A stretch of DNA of 24,000 nt from the NCBI RefSeq assembly GCF_000524475.1, contig NZ_BAVQ01000023.1:101962-125961 (forward strand). Direction: 5' to 3'. The first letter of the stretch is position 1; every line of letters starts with the position of its first letter. Shown piece after piece: positions 1 through 9,053 of this stretch. The notes beneath the pieces are model-generated. The model was not told where the DNA came from and made no database searches. It was given only the letters and a program-made list of their open reading frames with translations. Origin of the DNA: Tomitella biformata AHU 1821. GTDB lineage: Bacteria; Actinomycetota; Actinomycetes; Mycobacteriales; Mycobacteriaceae. The translations under genes were made by a program, and so were the position numbers.

Positions 1-369
1 CTGCTGTTCACCTCGCACTTGCAGGTCCTGCTCGACGGCGTCTCCTCCCCCGTCCGCTCGCTGGCCGCACACCCCGGCTATGCCGCCACGAACCTGAGCG
101 CCCACACATCGAACTGGTTCGGCAACGTCCTGATGCCCATCGGCGACAAGCTTATTGGCCAGAAGGCAGAGAATGGCGCGCTGCCCACCGAGTATGCGGT
201 CGTGGCGGATCTGCCCGGCAACACCTATGTGGGGCCGGACGGCTTCCAGCAGATGCGGGGCGGTCCCACCGTCGTCGGGCGCAATCGCGCCGCGCGGGAC
301 GCCGAGACCGCCCGTGGGCTGTGGGAGCTGTCAGAGAAGCTGACCGGCACCAGATTCCCCCTCCGCTAG
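1..369 (+). CDS. Short-chain dehydrogenase/reductase (SDR) family oxidoreductase, C-terminal part; the 5' end lies outside the window
   Basis: Frame 1 is open from base 1 to TAG 367-369. The translation (LLFTSHL...[11 protein letters not shown]...[12 protein letters not shown]) resembles the C-terminal third of actinobacterial SDRs. Codon position 3 is strongly G/C. Confidence 0.7.
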   Translation: MLFTSHLQVLLDGVSSPVRSLAAHPGYAATNLSAHTSNWFGNVLMPIGDKLIGQKAENGALPTEYAVVADLPGNTYVGPDGFQQMRGGPTVVGRNRAARDAETARGLWELSEKLTGTRFPLR

Positions 370-559
370 CTTCTCGCCGAGATGGCCGATTTGCCGTCGC
401 TCCCGGCCTTTCGGTACTGTGGGTCGTTGTCTCGGCGAGGGTGCTGTCTACACGATGTGCACCGTTATCGACGTGTCCAGTGGTTGCCGGTTCTCCGGCC
501 CGGCCCGTGGGCGCACTCGCCGCGCAGAAGCCGAAACCACTATCTTGCAGGAGCACACA

Positions 560-1159
560 ATGTCTGACGCCTTGCGCATTCCGTCCACCACCCGCACCGA
601 GTTCGGCAAGGGCGCTGCTCGTCGTGCCCGTCGTGACGCGCTGGTCCCCGCCGTGCTCTACGGCCACGGCGCCGACCCCATCCACCTAAACCTGCCGAGT
701 CGCGAGTTCGCCGGCGTGCTGCGCAACCACGGCACCAACGCCGTGCTGACGCTGGACGTCGAGGGTGCCGAGCACCTCGCGCTGGTCAAGACCGTTGTGG
801 TCCACCCGATCCGCAACTACATCGAGCACGTTGACCTGCTGACGGTCAAGCGCGGCGAGAAGGTCGTCGTCGAGGTGCGCGTCGTGCTCGTCGGCGAGTC
901 TGCCCCGCAGACCATCGTCTACCAGGACGTCACCACGATCCGCCTGCAGGCCGACGCGCTGGCCATCCCCGAGGAGATCAAGATCTCCATCGAGGGTCTG
1001 ACCGCCGGCACGCAGATCGTCGCGGGCGAGGTCGAGCTGCCCGCCGGCTCCGTCCTGGAGGAAGAGGCCGACACCCTGCTGGTGAACATCGCCGAGCAGG
1101 TCCAGCAGGCCGATGAGCCCGCCGACGAGGACGAAGCCGCCGCCGCCACCGAGGCATAA
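560..1159 (+). CDS. rplY: 50S ribosomal protein L25/Ctc (long form with acidic C-terminal tail)
   Basis: [37 protein letters not shown]... is a typical L25/Ctc N-terminus. ATG 560 is preceded by AGGAG (550-554). The track ORF starts at 419, but that N-terminal extension is Cys/Arg-rich and not L25-like. Confidence 0.9.
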   Translation: MSDALRIPSTTRTEFGKGAARRARRDALVPAVLYGHGADPIHLNLPSREFAGVLRNHGTNAVLTLDVEGAEHLALVKTVVVHPIRNYIEHVDLLTVKRGEKVVVEVRVVLVGESAPQTIVYQDVTTIRLQADALAIPEEIKISIEGLTAGTQIVAGEVELPAGSVLEEEADTLLVNIAEQVQQADEPADEDEAAAATEA

Positions 1160-1167
1160 GCACCCTT

Positions 1168-1208
1168 CCGACGGCGCGTCACCCCATCGCGGGGCGGCGC
1201 GCCGTCGG
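1168..1208 (+). terminator. Candidate intrinsic terminator downstream of rplY
   Basis: Perfect 11-bp inverted repeat, CCGACGGCGCG (1168-1178) and CGCGCCGTCGG (1198-1208). An inner CCCC/GGGG stem sits in the 19-nt spacer. It is followed by TGTGTT, a weak U tract, and begins 9 nt after the rplY stop. Confidence 0.5.
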
Positions 1209-1254
1209 TGTGTTCGGCCTAGCACTCCACGTTTTACACAGAAGGATCACCGCA

Positions 1255-1833
1255 GTGAGCGACACCCCCACCCTTATCGCCGGCCTGGGCAACCCGGGCT
1301 CGCAATACGAGAAGACGCGCCACAACATCGGCTTCATGGTGGCGGACGTCCTCGCCGGTCGCCTCGGCGGCAAGTTCGGCCTGCACAAGAAGAGCGGCAC
1401 GGACCTGCTGCAGGGCCGGCTCCTCGGCAAGCCCGTGGTCATCGCCAAGCCCCGCGAATACATGAACCTCTCTGGACGCCAGGTGGCCGCGGCGGCCCAG
1501 TTCTTCTCCATCCCGCCCACCCAGATCGTGCTCATCCACGACGATCTGGACCTCGACTTCGGCGACATCCGCCTCAAGCAGGGCGGCGGCGAGGGCGGGC
1601 ACAACGGGCTCCGATCACTGACCGCGTCCGTTGGCACCAAGGACTATCAGCGGGTTCGGGTGGGCATCGGGCGGCCACCCGGCCGGATGGATGCCGCGTC
1701 GTACGTCCTCAAGGCATTCTCAACTGTCGAGCGCAAAGAGCTGGACCTGGTGTGCGAGCAGGCGGCCGACGCCGTCGAGCTGCTGCTCGAGCTCGGCCTC
1801 GAGCCAGCGCAGAACCGCCTGCACGGCAGCTAA
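1255..1833 (+). CDS. pth: Peptidyl-tRNA hydrolase
   Basis: Contains [26 protein letters not shown] and GGHNG, the Pth signature regions. GTG 1255 has GAAGGA at 1241-1246. The track start GTG 1210 lies inside or just after the terminator hairpin and is less likely. Confidence 0.9.
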   Translation: MSDTPTLIAGLGNPGSQYEKTRHNIGFMVADVLAGRLGGKFGLHKKSGTDLLQGRLLGKPVVIAKPREYMNLSGRQVAAAAQFFSIPPTQIVLIHDDLDLDFGDIRLKQGGGEGGHNGLRSLTASVGTKDYQRVRVGIGRPPGRMDAASYVLKAFSTVERKELDLVCEQAADAVELLLELGLEPAQNRLHGS

Positions 1834-1889
1834 GCGCCCTGCAGGTAACCTGGTAATTCGATTGTCCACAACCCCGGAAGGAACCCCCG

Positions 1890-3530
1890 GTGACCACCGA
1901 GCTTTCTAGCAGCGCCGACGGCTCGTCAACGGGGGAGCACTCGACGTCGAGAAAATCGACGCTAGCCGCCGAGGTCGCGCGCCGTCGCACCTTCGCCGTC
2001 ATCTCCCACCCCGATGCTGGTAAGTCGACGCTCACCGAGGCCCTGGCGCTGCACGCCCGGATGATCTCCGAGGCCGGCGCGGTGCACGGCAAGTCCGGCC
2101 GCAAGTCCACAGTCTCCGACTGGATGGAGATGGAGAAGGCCCGCGGCATCTCGGTCAGCTCCACCGCGTTGCAGTTCAACTACCAGGACCACGTCGTCAA
2201 CCTCGTCGACACCCCAGGCCACTCCGACTTCTCCGAGGACACCTACCGCGTGCTCACGGCCGTCGACGCCGCCGTGATGCTCATCGACGCCGGCAAGGGC
2301 CTCGAGCCGCAGACCTTGAAGCTGTTCCAGGTGTGCCGCCACCGCGGGATCCCCGTCATCACCGTGATCAACAAGTGGGACCGGCCGGGCCGCTCCCCGC
2401 TGGAGCTCCTGGACGAGATCGAGGAACGCATCGGCCTGATCCCGACGCCGCTGTACTGGCCCGTCGGCATCGCTGGCGACTTCCGCGGCCTGCTCAAGCG
2501 CGACGACAACTCCTTCATCCGCTTCACCCGCACCGCCGGCGGCGCCACCATGGCCCCCGAGGAATTCCTGGACGCCGAGGCGGCCGAGGCCCGTGAGGGC
2601 GAGGCGTGGACGGTCGCCGTCGAGGAGTCCGAGCTGCTCCATGAGACCGGCGCGGACCACGACCAAGAGATGTACCTGGCCGGGCAGACCTCCCCCGTCA
2701 TCTTCTCCTCCGCGATGCTGAACTTCGGCGTGCACCAAATCCTCGACGCGCTGCTGGAGCTTGCACCCGCCCCGCATGCCCGCGACGCCATCTCCGGCAC
2801 CCCGCGCGAAGTCCTCGACCCGTTCAGCGCCGTCGTGTTCAAGGTGCAGGCCGGCATGGACACGGCCCACCGTGACCGCCTCGCCTTCATGCGCATCGTC
2901 TCCGGCACCTTCGAGCGCGGCATGGTCGTCACCCACGCCCAGACCGGGAAGCCCTTCGCCACCAAGTACGCGCTGACCGTGTTCGGCCGCGACCGCACGA
3001 CGGTCGAGGACGCGTACCCCGGCGATATCGTCGGCCTCGTCAACGCGAACGCCCTGGCTCCCGGCCACACCTTGTTCTCGGAGAAGAAGGTGGAGTTCCC
3101 GCCCATCCCGTCGTTCGCCCCCGAGCACTTCGCGATCCTGCGCGCCCGCTCCGCCGGCAAGTACAAGCAGTTCCGCCGCGCCATCGACCAGCTCGACAGC
3201 GAGGGCGTGGTGCAGGTGCTGCGCAACGATATCCGCGGCGACGCTTCTCCCGTGCTCGCGGCCGTTGGCCCCATGCAGTTCGAGGTGATCACCGCTCGCA
3301 TGCAGGGCGAGTTCAATGTGGAGACGACGTTGGACAACCTCGGCTACTCCGTCGCCCGTGCGACCGACGCCGAGTCCACCGACGAGCTCAACCGCCAGCG
3401 CGGCGTCGAGGTGTTCACCCGCACCGACGGCGCAATCCTGGCCCTGTTCAGCGATAAGTGGCGGCTGCAGTACATCGAGAAAGAATTCCCGAAGCTGACG
3501 CTCGAACCGTTGGTGGCTGCAAGCGACTAG
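1890..3530 (+). CDS. prfC: Peptide chain release factor 3 (translational GTPase)
   Basis: G1 SHPDAGKST, G3 DTPGH and G4 NKWD are present. The 546-aa length and overall similarity match RF3. The GTG start has GGAAGGAA 7 nt upstream. Confidence 0.9.
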   Translation: MTTELSSSADGSSTGEHSTSRKSTLAAEVARRRTFAVISHPDAGKSTLTEALALHARMISEAGAVHGKSGRKSTVSDWMEMEKARGISVSSTALQFNYQDHVVNLVDTPGHSDFSEDTYRVLTAVDAAVMLIDAGKGLEPQTLKLFQVCRHRGIPVITVINKWDRPGRSPLELLDEIEERIGLIPTPLYWPVGIAGDFRGLLKRDDNSFIRFTRTAGGATMAPEEFLDAEAAEAREGEAWTVAVEESELLHETGADHDQEMYLAGQTSPVIFSSAMLNFGVHQILDALLELAPAPHARDAISGTPREVLDPFSAVVFKVQAGMDTAHRDRLAFMRIVSGTFERGMVVTHAQTGKPFATKYALTVFGRDRTTVEDAYPGDIVGLVNANALAPGHTLFSEKKVEFPPIPSFAPEHFAILRARSAGKYKQFRRAIDQLDSEGVVQVLRNDIRGDASPVLAAVGPMQFEVITARMQGEFNVETTLDNLGYSVARATDAESTDELNRQRGVEVFTRTDGAILALFSDKWRLQYIEKEFPKLTLEPLVAASD

Positions 3531-3548
3531 TTGAAGTCCGCGTGCGCC

Positions 3549-3577
3549 TACCCCGACAGGCCTATCCTGTCGGGGTA
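3549..3577. terminator. Bidirectional terminator-like hairpin between the convergent prfC and HNH genes
   Basis: Perfect 12-bp stem, TACCCCGACAGG (3549-3560) and CCTGTCGGGGTA (3566-3577), with a 5-nt loop CCTAT. It lies in the 64-bp gap between two convergent stops. There is no clear U tract. Confidence 0.55.
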
Positions 3578-3594
3578 TCGCACTGTGGTGCTGG

Positions 3595-5073
3595 TCAAGC
3601 GGCTTCTTCGCACCGTTCAACGGGTGGGCCGTGGCCGTCGGGGCCAGGCGGATCCTCGACATAGGATCCGTCGGAGTTCAGCCATCGACGTAACGGGTCG
3701 ATCTTTGCCGGTGGCCGGAAGATGGGGAATCGCTTCTTGCCCAACATGACGGTCCAGCCGTGATGGTGCACCGCCACGTGATGGTAAGTGCAGAGGTTGC
3801 AGAGTCCATCGATCTGGGTCTCTTGCAGCAACTCCCACGGGATCATGTGGTGCGCCTGGGTCCAGGAGATGGGCCGATTGCATCTCGGGAAGGCGCAGCC
3901 GCGGTCCCTGTCGGCCAGCGCGATACGGTGCTTCTCGTTGGCGAACCGCTTCGATGTGTCCACGCACAGCGGGGCCCCGTTCTCGTCCGCGCCGATCATC
4001 AGCAACTCGCAGTCGCATGCCAGGCGTTGGGCCGCGGCCAGCGAGATTGAGCCCATCCACTGCATCCAACCGCGGGAGGTGTGCTCGAGGAGTTCTTCGA
4101 TGCGGCCCTCGCGAATCATCTGGCATCGCTCCGCGTGGGTGGGAATGTGTCCGAACAGCAACTCGATGGGGATGTTCACGTTGATCCGCGGGGCCAGGCC
4201 CTTCTCGACCTGTCCCTCGGCCGCCGGCTGGTTCCTGCGCAATAGTTCGCTGAGCGCTTCGGCGCGTTGCTGGTCGAGACTGCGCTTGTCGGGTGAGCCG
4301 TCTAATTCGGGCCGAGGCAACATGAACGGCGACAGCGCTGCGAAGAGGTTCTCACCGGTCTCCGTGTCGAGGTTGCCCTTCAGGTCGATACGGCCGTCAT
4401 CGAATTTGATGATCTCCAAAGTGTTGCGGTCGAGGTCCAGGCCCGGGTCCGTCTCCCTCGAGAGCACATTCCGCAGTTCCTTGCCCGCGGAGCGCAGCGT
4501 GTCCATGTTCCGAGTGCCGGCGGCGAGGAGCAGGAAGTTCCGCACCACCCCGCGGACCTCGGCCCGCTCCGCCTCGTCCATCGGCACCAGTGTTTCCTCC
4601 GCGTCCGAGTCTTCAGCGTTCGGGGCGTCAGCGTCCGGACCCTTAGAGTCCGCGTCCTCAGCCCTCTTCTTGTACATATCCCTCGGCGGGTGCGCGATGT
4701 AGTTGACGATGTACTTCGCCTCCCGCTCACCGATCCCCGCATTGGCGTAGGCGGCCAGGATTGTGGGGTTGGCGCACATCCGGATCGCGAGCTTGACGGC
4801 GGCGAGGGCATCGCCTGCCAGCAGCCCAGATCTCTGAATCAGCCATTCAGCGGTGATGTCGATGGCGCGGCGACTGCCCTCCCTGTGCGCCATCGCGTCG
4901 AGCTGTCGCCACAGGGCCACCTGAACGCCGCGGCTCAAACTCAGAATTTCCTCGGAGTTCTCCACAAGTTGACGATCATTCTGCTGCCACAGAGGCTCCT
5001 CGCCCGCCAGGACCGGGGGATCAGCCAGCAGGTCCGACACCTGCTGGCTGATTGCTCTCCCCGGGAGTTCCAT
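3595..5073 (-). CDS. DUF222 domain / HNH endonuclease family protein (13E12-repeat-like)
   Basis: The C-terminus reads DRGCAFPRCNRPISWTQAHHMIPW...LCNLCTYHHVAVHHHGW, an HNH motif. The long N-terminal region has the DUF222 layout (RSLDQQRAEAL..., PRINVNIPIELL). The protein is 492 aa with an ATG start. Confidence 0.85.
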   Translation of the reverse strand: MELPGRAISQQVSDLLADPPVLAGEEPLWQQNDRQLVENSEEILSLSRGVQVALWRQLDAMAHREGSRRAIDITAEWLIQRSGLLAGDALAAVKLAIRMCANPTILAAYANAGIGEREAKYIVNYIAHPPRDMYKKRAEDADSKGPDADAPNAEDSDAEETLVPMDEAERAEVRGVVRNFLLLAAGTRNMDTLRSAGKELRNVLSRETDPGLDLDRNTLEIIKFDDGRIDLKGNLDTETGENLFAALSPFMLPRPELDGSPDKRSLDQQRAEALSELLRRNQPAAEGQVEKGLAPRINVNIPIELLFGHIPTHAERCQMIREGRIEELLEHTSRGWMQWMGSISLAAAQRLACDCELLMIGADENGAPLCVDTSKRFANEKHRIALADRDRGCAFPRCNRPISWTQAHHMIPWELLQETQIDGLCNLCTYHHVAVHHHGWTVMLGKKRFPIFRPPAKIDPLRRWLNSDGSYVEDPPGPDGHGPPVERCEEAA

Positions 5074-5238
5074 AGTTCAACTCTACTCGCTCCGATGACC
5101 GATAGATAGCCTTTTCGCAACCTCTACCTGCACTTATGCCCCACCAGCCACACAAGGACACTCCCGCCACAACGGCACGACACCGGCCTGACTTTCACCA
5201 CGCTATTGCCGAGAACATGCAGGCAAACCGTCGACCCT

Positions 5239-5266
5239 TTCAATACGCGTCTCCACAGCCGATACT
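5239..5266 (+). promoter_or_regulatory. Candidate sigma-A-type promoter for the aldehyde dehydrogenase/ligD/ku genes
   Basis: TTCAAT (5239-5244), a 16-nt spacer, then GATACT (5261-5266), about 40 nt upstream of ATG 5305. It lies in a visibly A/T-richer 231-bp divergent intergenic region. This is pattern match only. Confidence 0.25.
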
Positions 5267-5304
5267 GGATGCAACCGTCAATTCTCGTTAGCGAAGGATC
5301 TGCC

Positions 5305-6834
5305 ATGACAGCCATCCAACCCGCCCGCACTGACATCATCGAGGTGCGAAACCCCGCCGATGGTCTTGTGGTGGGCACCGTCCCGATCCATACCGCCGAC
5401 GAGGTGGCCGCCACCGTGCGCGAGTTGCGGCTCTATCAGACAGAGTGGGAGGCCATCGGCGCCAAGGCTCGCGGCGAGTGGCTGTTGAAGTTCCAGGACT
5501 GGATGCTGGACAATTCCGAGCGCATCGCGGACGTGCTGCAGTCGGAGACGTCCAAGCCGCGCTTCGACGCGGAACTGGAGACCCCGATGGTCGCCGACAT
5601 CGTCGGCTATTACGCTAAGCGCGCTCCCGGCTACCTCGCCGATTCGCGGCCCCACCCGCATAGCCCCCTGGGCATGACGAAGAAGCTGGCCATCGCGCAT
5701 CGCCCGTATCCCGTGGTCGGCGTGATCACCCCCTGGAACTTCCCATTCACGATGCCCGGCATGGATATTCCGCCCGCGCTCGCGGCAGGGTGCGCGGTGC
5801 TGCTCAAGCCGTCCGAGGTCACTCCCCTGTCCGGAGTGCTGTTCGTCGAGGGCTGGAAGGAGATTGGCGCTCCGCCGGTGCTCGCGGTGGCAACGGGCCT
5901 GGGCGCGACGGGCGCAGCGGTGGTCGAGAACGTCGACTACGTGCAGTTCACCGGCTCGACCCGCACCGGCAAGGCGATCGCGAAGGCTGCGGCCGAGCGT
6001 CTGGTCCCCTGCAGCCTCGAACTCGGTGGCAAGGATCCGGCAATTGTGTTGGCGGATGCGGACATCGACCGCGCGGCGCATGGCATCGCATGGGGCGGGC
6101 TGTTTAATTCCGGCCAGGTCTGCATCTCCGTCGAGCGGGTGTATGTGGAGGCGTCGGTGCACGACGAGTTCGTCGCCAAGCTCGCCGCCAATGTCAGCAA
6201 GCTCCGCCAGGGGAAGGATGACCGGGACTTCAAGTTCGATGTGGGCGCGTTGGCGACCCCGGACCAGGTCCAGATCGTGAAGAAGCACGTGGACGACGCC
6301 ATCGCGGCCGGCGCACGGGCGCTGACCGGCGGTAAGCCGCGGGGCGACGGGAACTTCTTCGAGCCGACGGTGTTGGTGGATGTCGAGCAGTCGATGTCGT
6401 GCATCAAGGAGGAGACCTTCGGCCCGACCATTCCCGTTGTGAAGGTCGCCGACGAGGCCGAGGCGATCCGCCTGGCGAACGACTCCGAATACGGCCTGTC
6501 CGCCACGGTGTGGACCGGGGACAACGCCCGCGGGGAGCGAATCGCGCGGCAGCTCGACGCCGGCGCGGTGAATATCAACGACGCTTTTTCCAACATGATG
6601 TCCTTCGCACTACCGATGGGCGGCTGGAAGGAGTCAGGCATCGGCGCACGCATGGGCGGGGCGGCCGCCGTCCTGAAGTACACCCGCTCGCAGGCGATCA
6701 CCACCCCCCGCATCCCGACCGCCGCCAAGGAGCTGACCTGGTTCCCGTACTCGAAGCCCAAGGCTCGCTTCGCCTTCGGCGCCATGCGGGCCGGCGCCGC
6801 ACGCGGGCTGCGCAAGTTCGGCATCGCCAGGTAG
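5305..6834 (+). CDS. NAD(P)-dependent aldehyde dehydrogenase family protein (GabD2-like succinate-semialdehyde dehydrogenase type)
   Basis: Contains ELGGKDP, catalytic Cys context FNSGQVCISVERVYV, and EETFGP. ATG 5305 has GAAGGA at 5293-5298. The track start at 5206 adds a non-homologous extension. Confidence 0.85.
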   Translation: MTAIQPARTDIIEVRNPADGLVVGTVPIHTADEVAATVRELRLYQTEWEAIGAKARGEWLLKFQDWMLDNSERIADVLQSETSKPRFDAELETPMVADIVGYYAKRAPGYLADSRPHPHSPLGMTKKLAIAHRPYPVVGVITPWNFPFTMPGMDIPPALAAGCAVLLKPSEVTPLSGVLFVEGWKEIGAPPVLAVATGLGATGAAVVENVDYVQFTGSTRTGKAIAKAAAERLVPCSLELGGKDPAIVLADADIDRAAHGIAWGGLFNSGQVCISVERVYVEASVHDEFVAKLAANVSKLRQGKDDRDFKFDVGALATPDQVQIVKKHVDDAIAAGARALTGGKPRGDGNFFEPTVLVDVEQSMSCIKEETFGPTIPVVKVADEAEAIRLANDSEYGLSATVWTGDNARGERIARQLDAGAVNINDAFSNMMSFALPMGGWKESGIGARMGGAAAVLKYTRSQAITTPRIPTAAKELTWFPYSKPKARFAFGAMRAGAARGLRKFGIAR

Positions 6835-6843
6835 CGGTGGGGT

Positions 6844-9048
6844 ATGGCCACGATCGGCGGTCGCCAGGTCTCGATCACCCATCCGGATAAGGTGCTCTAT
6901 CCCTCCGCGGAAACCACCAAATCGGATGTGATCGAGTACTACACCGCGATCGCCCCTGCTCTGCTCCCCCACATCCGAGGCCGTCCGGTCACCCGCAAGC
7001 GGTGGCCGGACGGCGTCGAGCGCCCCTCCTTCTTCGAGAAGAACCTGCCGACCTCCGCGCCGGAATGGCTGGCTCGCCGCACCCTTCGGCACCGGGACCA
7101 CACCGCCACCTATCCCCTGATCGATGACGCGGGCGGCCTGATGTGGCTTGCCCAGCAGGCAGCGCTGGAACTACATGTGCCGCAATGGGTCTATCGCGGC
7201 GAGCACCCAGGACCGGCAACTCGGCTCATCTTCGACCTGGACCCGGGTGAGGGCACGGGGCTGGCGGAGTGCACGGAAGTCGCATTCGCGGTCCGCGAGG
7301 TGCTCCACTCTGCAAGTCTCACAGCATTCCCGGTGACCTCGGGGAGCAAGGGTATCCACCTCTACGTCCCGCTCCCCCAGCCCGTCACGCCTCCCGCAAC
7401 GTCGGCCGTCGCGCGACGGGTCGCCGACCTGCTCGCCAAGAAAATTCCGGACCGCGTCACCGCCACGATGGCCAAGGCTGAGCGCGTCGGCAAGGTCCTC
7501 GTGGATTGGAGCCAGAACAACGGCGCGAAGACCACCGTCGCCCCGTATTCGCTCCGCGGACGCCAGGATCCGACTGTCGCCGCGCCCCGCAGTTGGGACG
7601 AGTTGGCGGACAGCAGTCTTCGGCAGCTGACCTATGCCGAGGCGTTGCAGCGGTTCCGCAAGGACGGTGATCTCCTCGCGCCACTCGACCGCCTCACGGA
7701 GTACACGGCCAAACGCGACAATACCCCTGAGCCCTCCTCTACCGCCCCAAAGAACGGGCCGGGCAACAGCTTCGTGATCCAAGAACACCACGCCCGCAAG
7801 CTGCACTGGGACTTCAGGCTTGAACGCGATGGTGTCCTCGTCTCGTGGGCGCTGCCGAAGAACCTCCCTGCGGACACGCAGACCAACCATCTGGCCGTGC
7901 ATGTCGAGGACCACCCGCTGGAATATGGCGCATTCGAGGGCGATATCCCTAAAGGCCAGTACGGCGGCGGGCACGTTGAGATCTGGGACAAGGGCACCTA
8001 CGACACCCTCAAGTGGCGCGACGGCGAGGTCATCGTGGACCTGCACGGGCAGCGCGCCACCGGCCGCTATGCGCTGATCCGAACCGACGCCGCCCAGGAC
8101 AAAAACTGGCTGATCCACCTCATGCGCGCCGAGGACGCGATGCCCACCGCGCTGCGGCCGATGCTCGCCACCACCGGGCCTATCGAGACACTCGACCAGG
8201 AGCATTGGGCGTTCGAGGGCAAGTGGGACGGATACCGGGCCATCGCCGAGATCGCCGACGGCCACGCGGTGATCCACAGCCGCAACGGCCAAGACCTCAC
8301 CGCCATGCTCCCCGAGCTAGAGCTGAAGGGGCATCAAGCAGTTCTCGACGGGGAGCTCGTCGCTCTCAACTCCCATGGGGCCCCGGATTTTTCGCTGCTA
8401 CAGACACATCCCGCGCAATTGAACCTGTTCGACGTCCTGTATCTCGATGGCCGCTCGCTGATCAATAAACCGTATCGTGATCGTCGCCGTGTGCTCGAGG
8501 CAATCCGTCCCCTCCTCACTGGCGCACACGTGCCGGATCTGTTGCCCGGCAGCGCCGCCGACGCGCTGCGGGCTAGCCAAGAGCAGGGCCTCGAGGGCGT
8601 CGTCGCCAAACGGCGAGACTCCCCCTACCTGCCGGGCCGCCGATCCGGAGACTGGGTCAAGCAGAAGCACTGGCTGGCTGACGAGGTCGTGATCGGCGGC
8701 TGGACCACCGGGCTGGGTTCGCGCGAGCCGTACTTCGGCGCGCTCCTGATGGGCGTCCCCGAGACCGGTGGACTGCGGTATCTGGGGAAGGTCGGCGCGG
8801 GATTCACCGATAGTGCGCTCACCGAGCTGACGAGAATAATGCTGCCGCTGCGTCGGACATCCTGCCCCTTCCAAGACTGCCCCGGGCCGGCCGTGTGGAT
8901 CGATCCCGTGCTGGTCGGGGAGGTCCGCCACTCCGGTGTCACCGACTCCGGCAGATTGCGCCACCCCAGCTGGCGGGGCCTGCGCCGCGACAAATCGCCA
9001 GCGGACCTCTTGCCGCCAACATTGCGTGGCAACCAAACTGACGGGTGA
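6844..9048 (+). CDS. ligD: Multifunctional NHEJ enzyme LigD, domain order polymerase/primase - phosphoesterase - ATP-dependent ligase
   Basis: Pol domain: FDLDPGEG and SGSKGIHLYVPL. PE domain: FVIQEHHARKLHWDFRLE. Ligase motifs: KWDGYR (motif I), LDGELV, EGVVAKR, WVKQK. The protein is 734 aa. It starts 9 nt after the aldehyde dehydrogenase stop. Confidence 0.9.
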   Translation: MATIGGRQVSITHPDKVLYPSAETTKSDVIEYYTAIAPALLPHIRGRPVTRKRWPDGVERPSFFEKNLPTSAPEWLARRTLRHRDHTATYPLIDDAGGLMWLAQQAALELHVPQWVYRGEHPGPATRLIFDLDPGEGTGLAECTEVAFAVREVLHSASLTAFPVTSGSKGIHLYVPLPQPVTPPATSAVARRVADLLAKKIPDRVTATMAKAERVGKVLVDWSQNNGAKTTVAPYSLRGRQDPTVAAPRSWDELADSSLRQLTYAEALQRFRKDGDLLAPLDRLTEYTAKRDNTPEPSSTAPKNGPGNSFVIQEHHARKLHWDFRLERDGVLVSWALPKNLPADTQTNHLAVHVEDHPLEYGAFEGDIPKGQYGGGHVEIWDKGTYDTLKWRDGEVIVDLHGQRATGRYALIRTDAAQDKNWLIHLMRAEDAMPTALRPMLATTGPIETLDQEHWAFEGKWDGYRAIAEIADGHAVIHSRNGQDLTAMLPELELKGHQAVLDGELVALNSHGAPDFSLLQTHPAQLNLFDVLYLDGRSLINKPYRDRRRVLEAIRPLLTGAHVPDLLPGSAADALRASQEQGLEGVVAKRRDSPYLPGRRSGDWVKQKHWLADEVVIGGWTTGLGSREPYFGALLMGVPETGGLRYLGKVGAGFTDSALTELTRIMLPLRRTSCPFQDCPGPAVWIDPVLVGEVRHSGVTDSGRLRHPSWRGLRRDKSPADLLPPTLRGNQTDG

Positions 9049-9053
9049 TGACG

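Noticed and set aside
1962-3662. 566-aa ORF antisense to prfC. Similar long antisense or alternate-frame ORFs occur at 2243-3337, 7171-8292, 8398-9084, 12244-13059, 15845-16966, 17349-18194, 18239-18976, 18992-19930, 21622-22785 and 22560-23240.
   Set aside because: Their compositions are rich in Arg, Ala, Gly, Pro, Val and Asp, typical of shadow frames in high-GC DNA. Each lies fully opposite or over a gene with clear family motifs and the correct GC3 bias, and none contains a recognisable motif.
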